The position numbers were made by a program, and so were the translations under genes. A stretch of 64,000 nt of DNA from Negaprion brevirostris (taxonomy: Eukaryota), in contig JARDVH010000128.1 in the NCBI GenBank assembly GCA_030324005.1, positions 32,447,619-32,511,618 of the forward strand. Reading direction: 5' to 3'. Below the pieces are notes generated by a model. That model worked only from the letters and a program-made list of their open reading frames with translations. It did not search any database and was not told where the DNA came from. Numbering within the stretch: the stretch's first letter is position 1; the number at the start of each line of letters is the position of its first letter. Below are positions 47,000-59,222 of the stretch, one piece after another.

Positions 47000-48752
47000 G
47001 TATGATTGTTATTCTATCATCAAAGACATATTTATGACGCAGAATTATGCATTATATTTTCCACCGGAGTGATGAAATGGAGGATTCTGGTCATAAGCAT
47101 TGATTTTTAAAAATAGAAAATTGACTGCCGGGTCTTTTCATAGCTTAGAAGCTTATTTTTTCTGAGAATTCAATTTTAATCCAGTGTGGTTAGAATGTGG
47201 AGTGCACTACCTCAAGGAGTACTGATGCACTTAAGGAATAACATGAGTCGGAATGGAAAATGACAATGTAAAAAATCGTAACAAGAATAGGTCATCCCCT
47301 TTGAACTTGATTCTAAACCTTTGAATGAAGAATTTTTTCCTCATCTCCTGCCTAAATGATCGTCCCCTTATCCTGAGAATTCAGCCTCTATTTCTGGATC
47401 CTCTGTTCTAGGGAGAACAGCGTTTCAGTTTATAAGTTTCAATGAGAACACTTTTCATTCTTTTAAGTTCCAGAAAATATGGGCTCATACGTCAACCTAC
47501 TAATCCCAGGAATTAATGCACTAACTGTTGTTGCATCCCCTCTAAAGCAGGTTAGATAAAAAGACCAAATTTTACACAGTATTCCAGCTGTGGTCCCCCC
47601 AAAGCTCCATGTAATTCCATTGCAAGAATTCCTTATTCTTTTACACTGCAAACCCCTTGCATTAAAGCAATGCATCCAAAATGTTTCCTCAGTGTGACCA
47701 TGTTTATAATATCTCAGAGTTGACCCCAGAGTTCCGAAGATATAGGAGCAGTATTAGGTCATTTGGCCCATTGAGTCCACACTACCATTCAATCATGGCT
47801 GATATGCTCCTCATCCCCATTTTCCTGCCTTCTTCCCATAACCCTTTCAAACCATCGCCAACACCCCCTTAAATTTACTCACTGTACCAGCATCCACCAC
47901 ACTTTAGGATAACAAATTTTTGTGTCTGTAATGAAATCTTTCCAATGTTTTTGTTGTCTAGTGTAATATAGTTAATGTTTACTAAGCATTAGGATTTTTA
48001 AAAAAAGTTTGTCGTAGCTCATCACCTATTATGTATTTTAATCTAATTTCCCAATCTACCTTTGCCAACTCACACCTCAGGTACTTCTGTATTTAAACTT
48101 ACAACCCTAGTTTTGGAATAATCACATAGCTCTCGAACTCAATATGAAAATCCTGATCAGTCCTTCCCCAGGGATCCTTTACGAATTAACTCTGTATTGT
48201 TAGAGAATACTAGAACTAAAATAGCCTGTTCCCTAATTAGGTTTTTCAAAACCTAAAAGCAAAATACTGCAGTGCTGGAGATCTGAAATGAAAAAAAGTG
48301 CTGGAAAAACCCAGCAGGTCTAACGGCATCTGTGGAGAAAGGACCAACAGTTAATGTTTTGAGTCCAATATGAGTCTATTTCAGAAAATATTGTTTTAAC
48401 ACCTGTTTTGAGTGTTTTCCATGAACTCATCATCCAAGATACTTTTGCCAATTTGGTTTACTTCCACTGATCATTAAAGTCACACACACTTATTGCGTTA
48501 GTTTTGAATCATGTTCCTTTAATTTGCTGATTTATACTCTGTCCAACAGTATTATATACTGAAGGAGGCCTATTCTCTCGCACACAATAGATGGATGTGC
48601 TGATAAAGTGAGATGGGGAGTGGGAGGAGGCCCAAGTGGAACCTAAACACCAGCATGGACCTTTTGGACCTAGTTGCCTGTTTCTGTGTTTTAGACTCAA
48701 TGTAAGTTTGTACAAATCAGCAATTAAAATGAATCTATAACTCCATGAACAG

Positions 48753-48877
48753 GATACTCAACAGAACCGGCAGAGAGGCTTTGACTACTTGCTGATGGGT
48801 GCAGAAGCAGGAGATCGTCCATCCATGATTCTTGCGGCACGAGCCTTTGATAGTGGCATCAATCTGAGTCCCAACAG
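48753..48877 (+). CDS. EEF2K: EEF2K coding exon 15
   Basis: DTQQNRQRGFDYLLMGAEAGDRPSMILAARAFDSGINLSPN(R); 125 nt. Confidence 0.96.
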
Positions 48878-50029
48878 GTGCAGGATCTCTTGTACTATCT
48901 ATATTTTATTGCCGATAACTTTGTCATCTGTTTTTTGCAAGAAGTTGATTAATTGGAATAGAATGCAGTGAGGACAGAGACATTGCTACGCTTTGCAATG
49001 AATATTTCTCTGATTGAATGAGTCCTGTTACTTCTCATGTAGAGGGATTCTGAAAAGGAAAATTAATATTGAGTTTAACTAATGTTCATATACTCTGTTT
49101 GAGCATAATTAAATTATGTTTTTGTATTTGCTTGAAAGTTTAGGCATCGGTGGACCACTGACAGGATCAACTGTGTTGCATTACATTGTCAAATAGTTTG
49201 CCACCACTCTTATCTCTATTGCACATGAAAATTGGTCTCTTGAGTGAGATCCCTGAGAGTACAGTGCAATTATCTCTGAATAAATGAATGAAAGAGAAAG
49301 AGAATAACTGATGAAGTTTGGCCAGTAGTAAAACATGAAACAAAGTGGCGAGTACAACGAATAAAGACCTGATCAAAGAGATCGACCTTTAAAGCAAGCA
49401 TTGTCAATTTGTCAGAATCCAGGAAAGAAATGCTGATGAAGCCATTCTATAAAGTGCTGTAGTCAACAAGAGACATTGAACATTCTTTGTGCATCTGGAT
49501 TGGGAATTCTGTTAGAATTGCTCCTGCTCAGTAACCATAACTTTATTGAACGTACAATGGAAGCTCTGTGTATGTCGTAATTGTGTGAACTAGTTACTGC
49601 TTCACAGTCAGTGTCGTTCAGGCAGCTTCAAGAATATTCCCTGTCCTTGCATTATACTGTTGGGACAAATGTATATAAACAAAGTCACCTGGACTATAAA
49701 CAGTGTTTTGGCAGGGTGCTTGATTAATTTAGATATGGAGAATCTATTTATATGCTGCGTGGTTGCAGGACATAGAGTTCACATACTTCTTCCGTTTATC
49801 TGATTCTCTACTTGTACAAAATAAACAATTGGGAATGTAACCTAGTCTCCTCCCCAACTAGATAANNNNNNNNNNNNNNNNNNNNNNNNNNNNNNNNNNN
49901 NNNATTAAAGTTTATTTATTAGTCACAATTAAGGCTTACATTAACACTGCAATGAAGTTACTGTGAAATTCCCCTAATTGTTGTTATCTGTGAGACAGGA
50001 TGTTGATTTGTCAGGCCATACAGAATCAC

Positions 50030-50360
50030 ATACAATCATAGAGTCCCTACAATACAGAAGAGACCATTCAGCCCATTGCATCTGCACCAGCTGTCTGACA
50101 GTATTTAACCCAGGCCCTCTGCCTGCCCTATCCCTGCAACGCCACACATTTACCATGGCTAATCCCATCTAACCTACACATCTTGGGACACTAAAAGGCA
50201 ATTTAGCATAGCCAATCCACCTCACCTGAACCTCTTTGGACTCTGGAGGAAACCCACACAGACACAGGAAGAACATGCAAACTCAACACAAGACAAGTCT
50301 GGAATTGACCTGGGTCGCTGGGGCTGTGAGGCAGCAGTGCTAATCACTGTGCCACCATAC
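50030..50360 (-). mobile_element. HE1/V-SINE
   Basis: tRNA-derived head (reverse of GCTGTGAGGCAGCAGTGCTAATCACTGTGCCACC) and a CR1-derived tail. Similar copies lie at about 33153-33360, 51095-51345 and 17418-17580. Confidence 0.8.
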
Positions 50361-51393
50361 AGAGAGCTGACAGGAAAATTCAATCCTTTTCTCTCCCAAT
50401 GTCCATGTACTTAGCAGCTGAATCTGCTTACTAGCAATCAAAGCTGTAAACTTAGGCTGATTATGTTTTACCCATTCCCTAGCCCAGTGTCATTGCAGCA
50501 ATTCCTGACTACTAACTGCAGCCCTAGCTGAGATAACCCAATGATAGTTTGTTTAGCTTTATCTAGTGTCTTTAACATCTCAAACATAGTGGCAAAAATT
50601 GATACCAAAAGAAGATTTTCAGAGGGGTGACATCAAGTTTAAAAGTGGTGGATTTTAAGGACTATCTTAGAGGAGGAGGAGGAGAAATCAAGATCTGAGG
50701 GAGGGAATTCCAGAGCCTGAGCCTATGTAGATGAAGACATGGCCACCAATAATGAGGCAAAGGAAGCAAGAGATTTGCACAGTCTGAGTTGGAGAAGTGC
50801 AAGGATCTCAGAAGCTGAAGAAGGTTATAGAGTTGGGAAGAAGTGATGCCATGGAGGATCAGCACTCATTGGGCATCAAGTCTTTGAAAAGCTGGGATTG
50901 TCAGAGGATCTTAATTTGAGACCTATTGACCTTATAATGGTCAATTATGAGGGGGGCTTTGATGGAGAAAGTAACAAGAAACTGTTTCCATTGGTAAATG
51001 GGTCAGCAACCAGAGGCATTAGATTTAAAATAATTGTCAAAAGTGCTAGAGGGGAAATGAGAATTGTCATTTCAAACACAATGCTGTTAAGATAGAAACA
51101 TAGAAAGAATCAAGAAACCTAGTGCAGAAAGAGGCCATTCAGCCCATCAGGTCTGCACCGACCACAATTCCACCCAGGCCCTGTCCTCGTATTCATACAT
51201 ATTTACCCACTAATCCCTCTAACCTGTGCATCTCAGGACACTAAGGGGCAATTTAGCATGGCCAATCAACCTAACTCGCACATCTTTGGACTGTGGGAGG
51301 AAACCAGAGCACCCAGAGGAAACCCACACAGACACAGGGAGAGTGTCAGCCTTCTCATCCCTGTGTAAATGTAGCAGCTTTTTCCCATTGCAG

Positions 51394-51572
51394 GACTCAA
51401 GACTGGAAGGAAGCTTTACATTGGTATACTGCTGCTCTGAACATGACTGATTACGATGAAGGTGGAGAATACGATGGCACCGGGGACGAGCCTAAGTATT
51501 GCCTCCTTGCTCGAAAAGCCGAGATCTACATGACAGGAGGGTTTGGTGTGGAGCCAGACCCACAGACAGCAG
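51394..51572 (+). CDS. EEF2K: EEF2K coding exon 16
   Basis: TQDWKEALHWYTAALNMTDYDEGGEYDGTGDEPKYCLLARKAEIYMTGGFGVEPDPQTA(G); 179 nt. Confidence 0.97.
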
Positions 51573-52334
51573 GTAGGATAAATGTATCAACATTCACAAA
51601 GTGAACAAGAAATAATCCAAAATGGCCACAGTCTGGTTTTTAATATTTTTTAATGGGATATGTGTGTCGCTGGCAAGGCCAGCAACTGTTGCTCATCCCT
51701 AATTGCCCTTGAACTGAGTGACTTGCTAGGGCATTCAGAGGGCAGTTAAGAATGAACCACATTACAGTGGACCTGGAGTCATGTAGGCTAGAACTGAGGA
51801 TGACAGATTTCCTTCTCTGAAGGGCATTACTGAACCAGATGGGTTTTTACGACAATAATTGATAATTTCATGGCCACCATTACATAAGAACATAAGAAAT
51901 AGGAGCAGGAGTCGGCCATCTAGCCCCTCGAGCCTGCCCCGCCATTCAATAAAATCATGGCTGATCTGTCGTGGCTCAGTTCCACACTCCCACCCTCTCC
52001 CCATAACCCTTAATCCCCTCGCTTATCAAANNNNNNNNNNNNNNNNNNNNNNNNNNNNNNNNNNNNNNNNNNNNNNNNNNNNNNNNNNNNNNNNNNNNNN
52101 NNNNNNNNNNNNNNNNNNNNNNNNNNNNNNATTGGGACTAGCTTAGTGGTTAAAGAAAAAGAGCCGGCATAGACAAGTTGGGCTGAAGGGCCTGTTTCCA
52201 TGCTGTAAACCTCTATGACTCTACCGTGTTGCATATCTTGCCCTCAGTCACACTTTGTATCACGTCTGGAAACTGGCCTCTTGCTGAATGAAAGGTATCT
52301 TTGAAACTGTACCTAAGCAGCATTAACCAATAGC

Positions 52335-53010
52335 TTGAAAGTGGTCACAAGTAGACAGGGTGGTGAAGAAAGTGTTTAGCACACAGGCCTTCAACGGTCA
52401 GAGCACTGAGTACAGGTGTTGGGACACTATGTTACAGTTGTATTCATTATTGGTGAGGCCGCACTTCGACGTATTGTGTCTAATTTTGGTCACCCTGTTA
52501 TAGGAAAAACATCAATAAACTGAAAAGGGTGCGGAAAAGATTTACCAGGATGTTGCCAGGACTAGTGGGCCCACGTTATACAGGGCAGTTGGCCAGACTA
52601 GGACTTAATTTCTTGGAACGTAGGAGAATGAGGTCTATTGAGGTCTATAAAATCATGAGGGGCATCAATAGGATGAATACGTATTGGACAGAATTTTACA
52701 ACCTCGCTCGTCCCAAAACTACAAAATCCCACCCAAGGTCAATGGACCTTTCCACGTCCACCCCTCGCCCGGTCCAATTCCGCAGGATGGTAAAATTCTA
52801 TCCATAGTCTTTTTCCCAGGGTATGGGGATTGAAAACTAGAGGACATAGATTAAAGGTGAGAGGGAAGGGATTTAAAAGGGATCTGAGGATAACTTCTTC
52901 ATGCAGAGGGTGGCACGTGTATGGAATGAGCTGCTGGAGAAAGTAGTTGAGGCAAGTACAATAACAACACTGAAAAATCATTTGGATAAGTACGTGGATG
53001 GGAAAGGATT
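52335..53010 (+). mobile_element. CR1 LINE fragment interrupted by a ~120-bp MITE (52685-52804)
   Basis: Remnant RKRFTRMLPGL..LERRRMR..IEVYKIMRGI. The MITE TIRs are TGGACAGAATTTTAC and GTAAAATTCTATCCA. Confidence 0.8.
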
Positions 53011-53139
53011 AGCGGCTTAGAGACCCCTTTTAAAGGGCATCTGGACAAATACATGAATAGGATGGGAACAGAGGGATATGGTCCCCAGAAAGGTAGAAGG
53101 ACCTGTTCCTGTGTTGTAATTTTCTTTGTTCTTTATTGT

Positions 53140-54140
53140 AAATAGTTGCAGTCCCAGCACTAATCCCTGTGGAACCCCTCTGGTTATAGATTGCCAACCT
53201 AAAAAAGGCCCCCTTATCCCTACTGAGTTTCCTGCCCATCAGCCAAATCTCTGTCCATGCCAATATACTATTTCCAACGTCATGGGCTCTTATCACTGAA
53301 TCTTTCCTGTGGTATCTGGTCAAATAACTATTGGAAGTGGTTCCCCTCCATCCATTCTGGTTGAGACTTCCTTGAAAAATTCTAACAATTTCTCTTTCAA
53401 GAAGGCATACATACTGTGCTTGATTAGATTGATTTTCCAAATGTGCTATTACCTGTGTTACCAAATGTGCTATTATATGTGTTAATTGATTATAACATTT
53501 TTGTAACAATAGATGTTAGGCTCATTGGCCTGTAGTTACTTGCCTTATGCCTCTCCCTCTTTTTGAATAGGGATGTCACATTGGCAGATTGACAGTCCTC
53601 TGGTACTTCTCCAGAATCCAAGAATTTTTTGAAAATTACAACCAATACATCCAATATTTCTGTAGCTACATGTTTTAGGATCCCAGGATTCAAGCCATTA
53701 GGCACTTATCTGCTTTTAGTCCCATTAGTTCACCTAATACTAATTCTGTGGTGATGGTGATAGCACTTGGTTCCTCCCCTGTACTCTTTAGTATTAGTGG
53801 GATGTTTGAAGTATCCTCCACTTACAGATATTTTGCATCAGTCTTTAACTTCTCTGCCATTTCCTTGTCCCCAGATTCATTTTCCAAGGGGCCTATGTTC
53901 ACTTTGACCTCTCTCTTCCTTTATTCTATATTTAAATAAGCTTTTATTGCCAGTTTTGCTGTACATTCTTCACTAGTTTGCCCTTGTTTCTCTCTATTTT
54001 TAGTCTTCCTTTGCTGGGTACTGAAATTACGGCTATTACTGATTTTTGCTTCCTTTATATGTTTTTTTTCACTTCATTATTTAATTTCCTTGGTTAGCCC
54101 TGGTTGGTTTGTCCCCCTCTTTCTACCTCTTTACTGGGAT
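53140..54140 (-). mobile_element. Internally deleted CR1 LINE ORF2 fragments
   Basis: Remnant PNGLNPGILKHVATEILDVLVVIFKKFLDSGEVPEDCQSANVTSLFKK..NYRPMSLTSIVTKML. Confidence 0.8.
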
Positions 54141-54287
54141 AGGCGTTTCAATCAGGGAACAGTTGATGACGATGAATGTTGGTGTGGCACACGGAGCCAC
54201 TTATCTTTCTCATCAATTAAATTCACTAAGTCAATGTTTTACCTCTGACATGGTTTAACTTTGTGCTTTGCATGTTGCTTTGTTCAG

Positions 54288-54397
54288 GAGACCTTTTCAC
54301 AGAAGCAGCAGATGCAGCAATGGCGGACATGAAGGGCAGACTTGCCAATCAGTACTACGAGCGGGCAGAGGAGGCTTGGGGCATGATGGAGGAATAA
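54288..54397 (+). CDS. EEF2K: EEF2K last coding exon
   Basis: DLFTEAADAAMADMKGRLANQYYERAEEAWGMMEE*; TAA at 54395-54397. The summed CDS is 2148 nt, or 715 aa. Confidence 0.98.
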
Positions 54398-55959
54398 ACC
54401 TTTGACTTACACGCAGTTAATCTTCAAAGTCATCTTGGAAAAAGAAGTTATTGTTTACTAAATGTCAAATGTCTTCCTTTTGTACCTGTGCAGAATGCTT
54501 GGAACTTCTTTTCCTTTATTTTCACCATTGCATTGAATTCCTTTTGTGAATGGTCAGAATCAGTGCAAACTCGGGCTGAATAGCCTCCTTTTTGATTCTT
54601 GTAATGTAGGGGGTCTGTGTTAATCAGTATCAGCTGCCTGTGGTATTTTTGCAGGCGCTTGGTTGAGTTTAACAGTACTTTTTTATATTCTTTGAGATTG
54701 CTCAGGCTATTTGCAGAGAAAGTGGGATTTTATTATTATTATTGATCGTATCTGATTCTGCTCTTTTATGGTTATGAATTTAAGAAAAGCACCTTCATGC
54801 TGTCCCACTGTGTTATTCTTCACCGAAAGGAGACAACAATACAGCATATTCTGATACTTCAGTTATGTTTACAAAGTGTGCAAGGTGGGAGGTGAATGTG
54901 TGCAGGACAGTTACAAGTTAAAGGGGCACTGTCATTGCAAAAGCAAATTTATCGAATTGAGTTTGTTTATAAACGCACAACACAGTGACACATTTGACTG
55001 AATGGCCGTATTGTGTCACTAAGTTACAGGTGCCTCTAGTGCCTCTGGCTGTAGAGCAAAGAGGTTACAAAGTCCATGATGGACTTTACTGTCTCTCCAG
55101 ACCCCACTCTATGATGCTTAATATTTATATAGCTGTAACACAATGTAACAAAACATCTCAGTGCACTGTATATAATGAGTGATTTAAGATGCAATGATTG
55201 TAATGTATACAGTCATTTTGTGGCATCAATGTGTCTCTTTGATTTTGGTGCTATTGGTTCAGGGAAGAATGGTGGCTTTTCAAACAGTGCCAGAAGATCT
55301 TCATGAGGCAAAGACCTCAGTCTAACAATTCACCTGAAAATCTCCACCTAAGAACAAAAATGTCCCCAAAAAGGCCTTTAAAATCACCTAGCTTCAAGAG
55401 GTGCAAATTTCAGCAATGATGCAATGTTACAAAGATGGTTAAGGCAATTGGGCTATGTAAGACACTGAGGTTTCAATTCATTTTTCAATAACTGCTTGAT
55501 AAGCAAGTATTTTGCTCCATCCAAGAGCCCCATGCTACACACTATACCTAGTATGAAAACAATGTATTCACCTCTGCATGATCCTGGCTGTGCAACTGCA
55601 AATTCCATGTGTAACCTACAAACTGTCCCTTCCCAAGAAAGCATGAAGACTTTACTGAACAACTGAACAATCTATTTTTAGGAACAACTACTAACGCACA
55701 ACCAATTGGAATGTAGTCATGGGTCACTGGACCGATGGTAATGACAAAAGGCACTCTCTCTAGCCTCATAATTCAAGAAACGTTAGTTTAACTAATATTT
55801 TCTGTGAATTAAGTTGGTCTAGTGTTAATATCATAATCTTAGCTTGGCACCATTGATTGTACAGTAACTGCAGTGCATTTCTGCGAATCTGCAAGCACTT
55901 GCTGATAAAATTGAGATGGTTTACACAGTTTTTTGTGTAATTTGAATGTGTTGAGTAAA

Positions 55960-55965
55960 AATAAA
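55960..55965 (+). terminator. EEF2K: Probable EEF2K polyadenylation signal (3'UTR about 1.6 kb)
   Basis: AATAAA preceded by TGTA elements and followed by U-rich sequence. Confidence 0.6.
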
Positions 55966-56282
55966 ACTCTTTTTATTATTTTAAATCTCAGGATTCATTG
56001 AATTATTTAAATCTTGCTATTTGTTCTTAATAGTACCAAATTGACCAATCATGGGAATTTTCTAGGTTAACAGAAAATCTGGTTCTTGCAAATATGGATT
56101 CACACCAACAAACGGCACAAAAAGGTTATCTGAAAAATCAAGATGACACTATAGGGAAATTTTAGCCCACTGTAGTCAATTGTCAAGGTATATTTGACTA
56201 TCTTGCAAACCCATGACCTCCACCACATGGAANNNNNNNNNNNNNNNNNNNNNNNNNNNNNNNNNNNNNNNCTGTGTGTCTG

Positions 56283-56790
56283 TGTAATGCGAATCTCCGG
56301 CCGCCAGGGGACGTCTGTCATGCGGCTCTTCGACTGCCAGGGAAACTTAAAAAAACAGGAAATGCTGGACAAACCGGGCATGTTTGGCAGCATCTATCGA
56401 CAAGAAACCACGTGACTTCTACTGCACTGGTGTGGATAAAACACGGTCCTATAGCCACCAGGAGAACTTTGTTGATGTAATGCGGTCTTCCGGCCGCCAG
56501 CTAACTGTTCCGATGTAATGTGGTCCTCCTGCCGCCAGGTGACGGCTGGTGTAATGCGGTCTTCCGGCCGCCAGATGCCTGTGTGTGGGTGTAATTTGGT
56601 TCTCTGGCCGCCAGGTGACACTGTGTTGCGGTGTAATGCGGTCCTCCTGCCTCCAGGTGGCTCTGTGTTGCGATGGAATGCGGTCCTCCTGCCGCCAGGT
56701 GGCTCTGTGTTGCGATGTAATGCGGTCCTCCTGCCGCCAGGTGGCTCTGTGTTGCGATGTAATGCGGTCCTCCGGCCGCCAGGTGGCTCT
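56283..56790 (+). promoter_or_regulatory. Tandem array (~36-42-bp units, about 10 copies) of CTCF-like sites with an upstream motif
   Basis: The unit is GATGTAATGCGGTCCTCCTGCCGCCAGGTGGCTCTGTGTTGC, with an exact 42-bp period at 56588, 56630, 56672, 56714 and 56756. The core is GCCGCCAGGTGGC. Confidence 0.7.
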
Positions 56791-57280
56791 GTGCGCCGGG
56801 ATTGCTGTTATGAGTCGGGCCCACGTGTCGGCTTCATGGTTGCTGCTGGTTTCATCCATTTCGCCGGCACCACCTGAGGGAGCGGGTGGCTGGAGAGCGC
56901 GGTGAGTAGCGAGGCTCGAATCATGGGCCTGGCAGCCGTCAACAGCCTCGGCTCGGGTTGAGGCGGCTCTCTCTGCTGCTGCTGCTGCAGGTAACTGACC
57001 GCCTCTGTTTCTCACTCTCTCCGGTACAGGCCAGGACCCGGGAGCTCCAACCCCTGATGAGGCCGCTCCATCCCCATGGTGTAGGTGGTCAGCGCGGCCT
57101 GGACGCCAGGAGTGCCGCCCGGGCACCGGCATCAGGTAAAGCAGCAAGGGCCTGTGAGTGCGGAGGGAGCGGCTTTGGCTGCAGCAGCTTGTTGCCCTCT
57201 CATTGCATCAGATGGAGCTGAGGAGGGAGGGACTGACCAAGCTGTCAGCAAAGTCAGCAGCTTAGCAAGGTGAGGCCAGT
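56791..57280 (+). promoter_or_regulatory. POLR3E: CpG-rich POLR3E promoter and non-coding first exon
   Basis: CpG island with an E-box CACGTG (56822) and an E2F-like TTTCGCCG (56859). Candidate donors are GCG|GTGAGT (56901/56902) and CAG|GTAACT (56990/56991). Confidence 0.65.
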
Positions 57281-57453
57281 CACTGTGGGAATCCCAGCAG
57301 CCAGCACACACGGCAATGTGATAATAAACACAGCATAAGTTTTAACAATGTTGATTGAAGGATAAATATTGCCTGATATATCAGAGAGAACTTCCCTTCT
57401 TCAGATAATGTTCCAGCTGAGAGGGCACACTTTTGGAAGATGATGACTCCCAA

Positions 57454-57722
57454 CAGCGCTGACCCTCTGGCGGCGTGGCGCTCCCTCAGCGCTGACCCTC
57501 TGGCGGCGTGGCGCTCCCTCAGCGCTGACCCTCTGGCGGCGTGGCGCTCCCATTTTGACTGTATGGCAATATGGTGCTCCCTCAGTACTGACCCTCTGGC
57601 TGTGTGGCGCTCCCTCATTACTAACTGTCCAGCTGTGTGGCGCTCCCTCAGTACTGACCCTCTGGCTGTGTGGCGCTCCCTCGGCACTGATCCTTTGGCT
57701 GTGTGGTGCTCCCTCAATACTG
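57454..57722 (-). repeat. 33-bp minisatellite inside a minus-strand Deu-SINE
   Basis: About 8 units of CCCTCAGYRCTGACCCTCTGGCKGYGTGGCGCT, the reverse complement of the family at 1-402. Confidence 0.85.
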
Positions 57723-58529
57723 CATTAGGAATGCAAGCAAGTATTTTGTTCTCAGGTCTAGTCTGTGGAGTGGACTGTGAACCTGGGTATTCCTGATTTG
57801 GCTGAGAGTGTTGCCTCTCGCTGTCTAGTTATCTAATTGCCAAGAACAAAGCTTCTCTCCATTTCTGTCAACTCCTATTGCATGATTGTCATCTGTTTTC
57901 CCATTTTCAGACGCTGTTCAGTGCAGTCAGCCTACAATTAGTATACTTACTGCGTAATCCTAATCAGCTCTAACAACATAACACAGCTTCTAGCGCAGGC
58001 TTTTGTTAATTTGTTTGTAACATAATCGCTTGCCCTTCCCTCTTGTTTCTGGAGCTATTGTTAACATCAGTAAAATACATGGAGCTGCAGCAAGTTTAAC
58101 AGTCACAAATAAAAACATGAAAATGCTGGAAATACTCAACAGATCAGGCAGCATCTGTGAAGAGAAAGGAATTGATATTTCAGGTTGGTGACCTTTCTGA
58201 TGCTTCCTGACTTGCTGAGTATCACAGAATCTTTAACAGTGCAGAAGGGGGTCATTTGGCCTATCAAGTCTGTCCTGGTTCCTTGAAAGAGTACTCTACC
58301 CTGTCCCACCACCCTACCTTTTCCTCTTAACCTTGCACGTTCCTCCCTGTCAGTTAACAACCCAATTTCCTTTTGAACACCTCGTTCGAATCTGCCTCCA
58401 TCACAATCTCAGGATGTTCTTTCCAGACTCCAGCCATCCCCTGGGTGAAAATATTTCCCTCATTTTTACTATCATCACTTCACTTTTTTTTGGCCAACTA
58501 TTTTGAATTTGTGCCTTCTAATTCTTAGA

Positions 58530-59222
58530 AGTCATAGAATCTCTACAGTGCAGAAGGAGGCCATTTGGTCCATTGAGCATGCACTGACAATCCCACGTAA
58601 AACCACGTATTTATCCAGCTNNNNNNNNNNNNNNNNNNNNNNNNNNNNNNNNNNNNNNNNNNNNNNNNNNNNNNNNNNNNNNNNNNNNNNNNNNNNNNNN
58701 NNNNNNNNNNNNNNNNNNNNCTGACAATCCCACGTAACACCACGTATTTATCCAGCTAATCCCCCGACACTAAGGAGCAATTTAGCATGGCCAGTCACCC
58801 TAAGCTGCACATTAGGGATGGCACAATGGTTAGCACAGCTCCATCACAGCACCAGGGAACCAGTTCGATTCCTGGCTTGGGTCACTGTCGGTACAAAGTT
58901 TGCACATTCTCCCTGTGTCTCCGTGATTTCCTCCGGGTGCTCTGATATCCTCCCACAGTGCGGGTTAGGTGGATTGGCCATGCTGAATTTAGTGTCAGGG
59001 GCCTATCTAGGGTAAATGCATGGGTTATTGGGATTGTAGTCGGTGTTGACTTGATGGCCAAATGGCCTCCTGCACTGTAATGACCTTTGGAGTGTGGGAG
59101 GAAACTGGAGTAGCCGGAGGATGTGCAAACTCCACACAGGCAGTCACCCAGGGTTGGAATTGAACCTGGCTCCATGGCGCTGTGAGGCAGCAGTGCTAAC
59201 CACTGTACCACAGTGCCGCCCT
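58530..59222 (-). mobile_element. Minus-strand HE1 SINE with a plus-strand HE1 SINE (about 58815-59082) nested inside it
   Basis: The minus-strand head at 59090-59222 has A box TGGTACAGTGG and B box GGTTCAATTCC, and its tail is at 58530-58812. The inner copy begins GGGATGGCACAATGGTTAGCAC. Confidence 0.8.

Noticed and set aside
49308-49345. CTGATGA...GAAAC hammerhead-like boxes
   Set aside because: No UH cleavage triplet with compatible stem I/III pairing could be built.
56283-56790. CRISPR-like appearance of the repeat array
   Set aside because: This is a vertebrate locus with no cas genes and no unique spacers of constant length; the units are contiguous tandem copies.
56449-57147. 232-aa minus-strand ORF with HRATWRQEDRITSQ repeats
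   Set aside because: It is a by-product of the GC-rich 42-bp array and CpG island. Several frames are open at once and there is no recognisable homology.
58584-58757. 37-bp direct repeat on both sides of a 100-N gap
   Set aside because: It is the typical signature of overlapping contig ends, so an assembly artefact.
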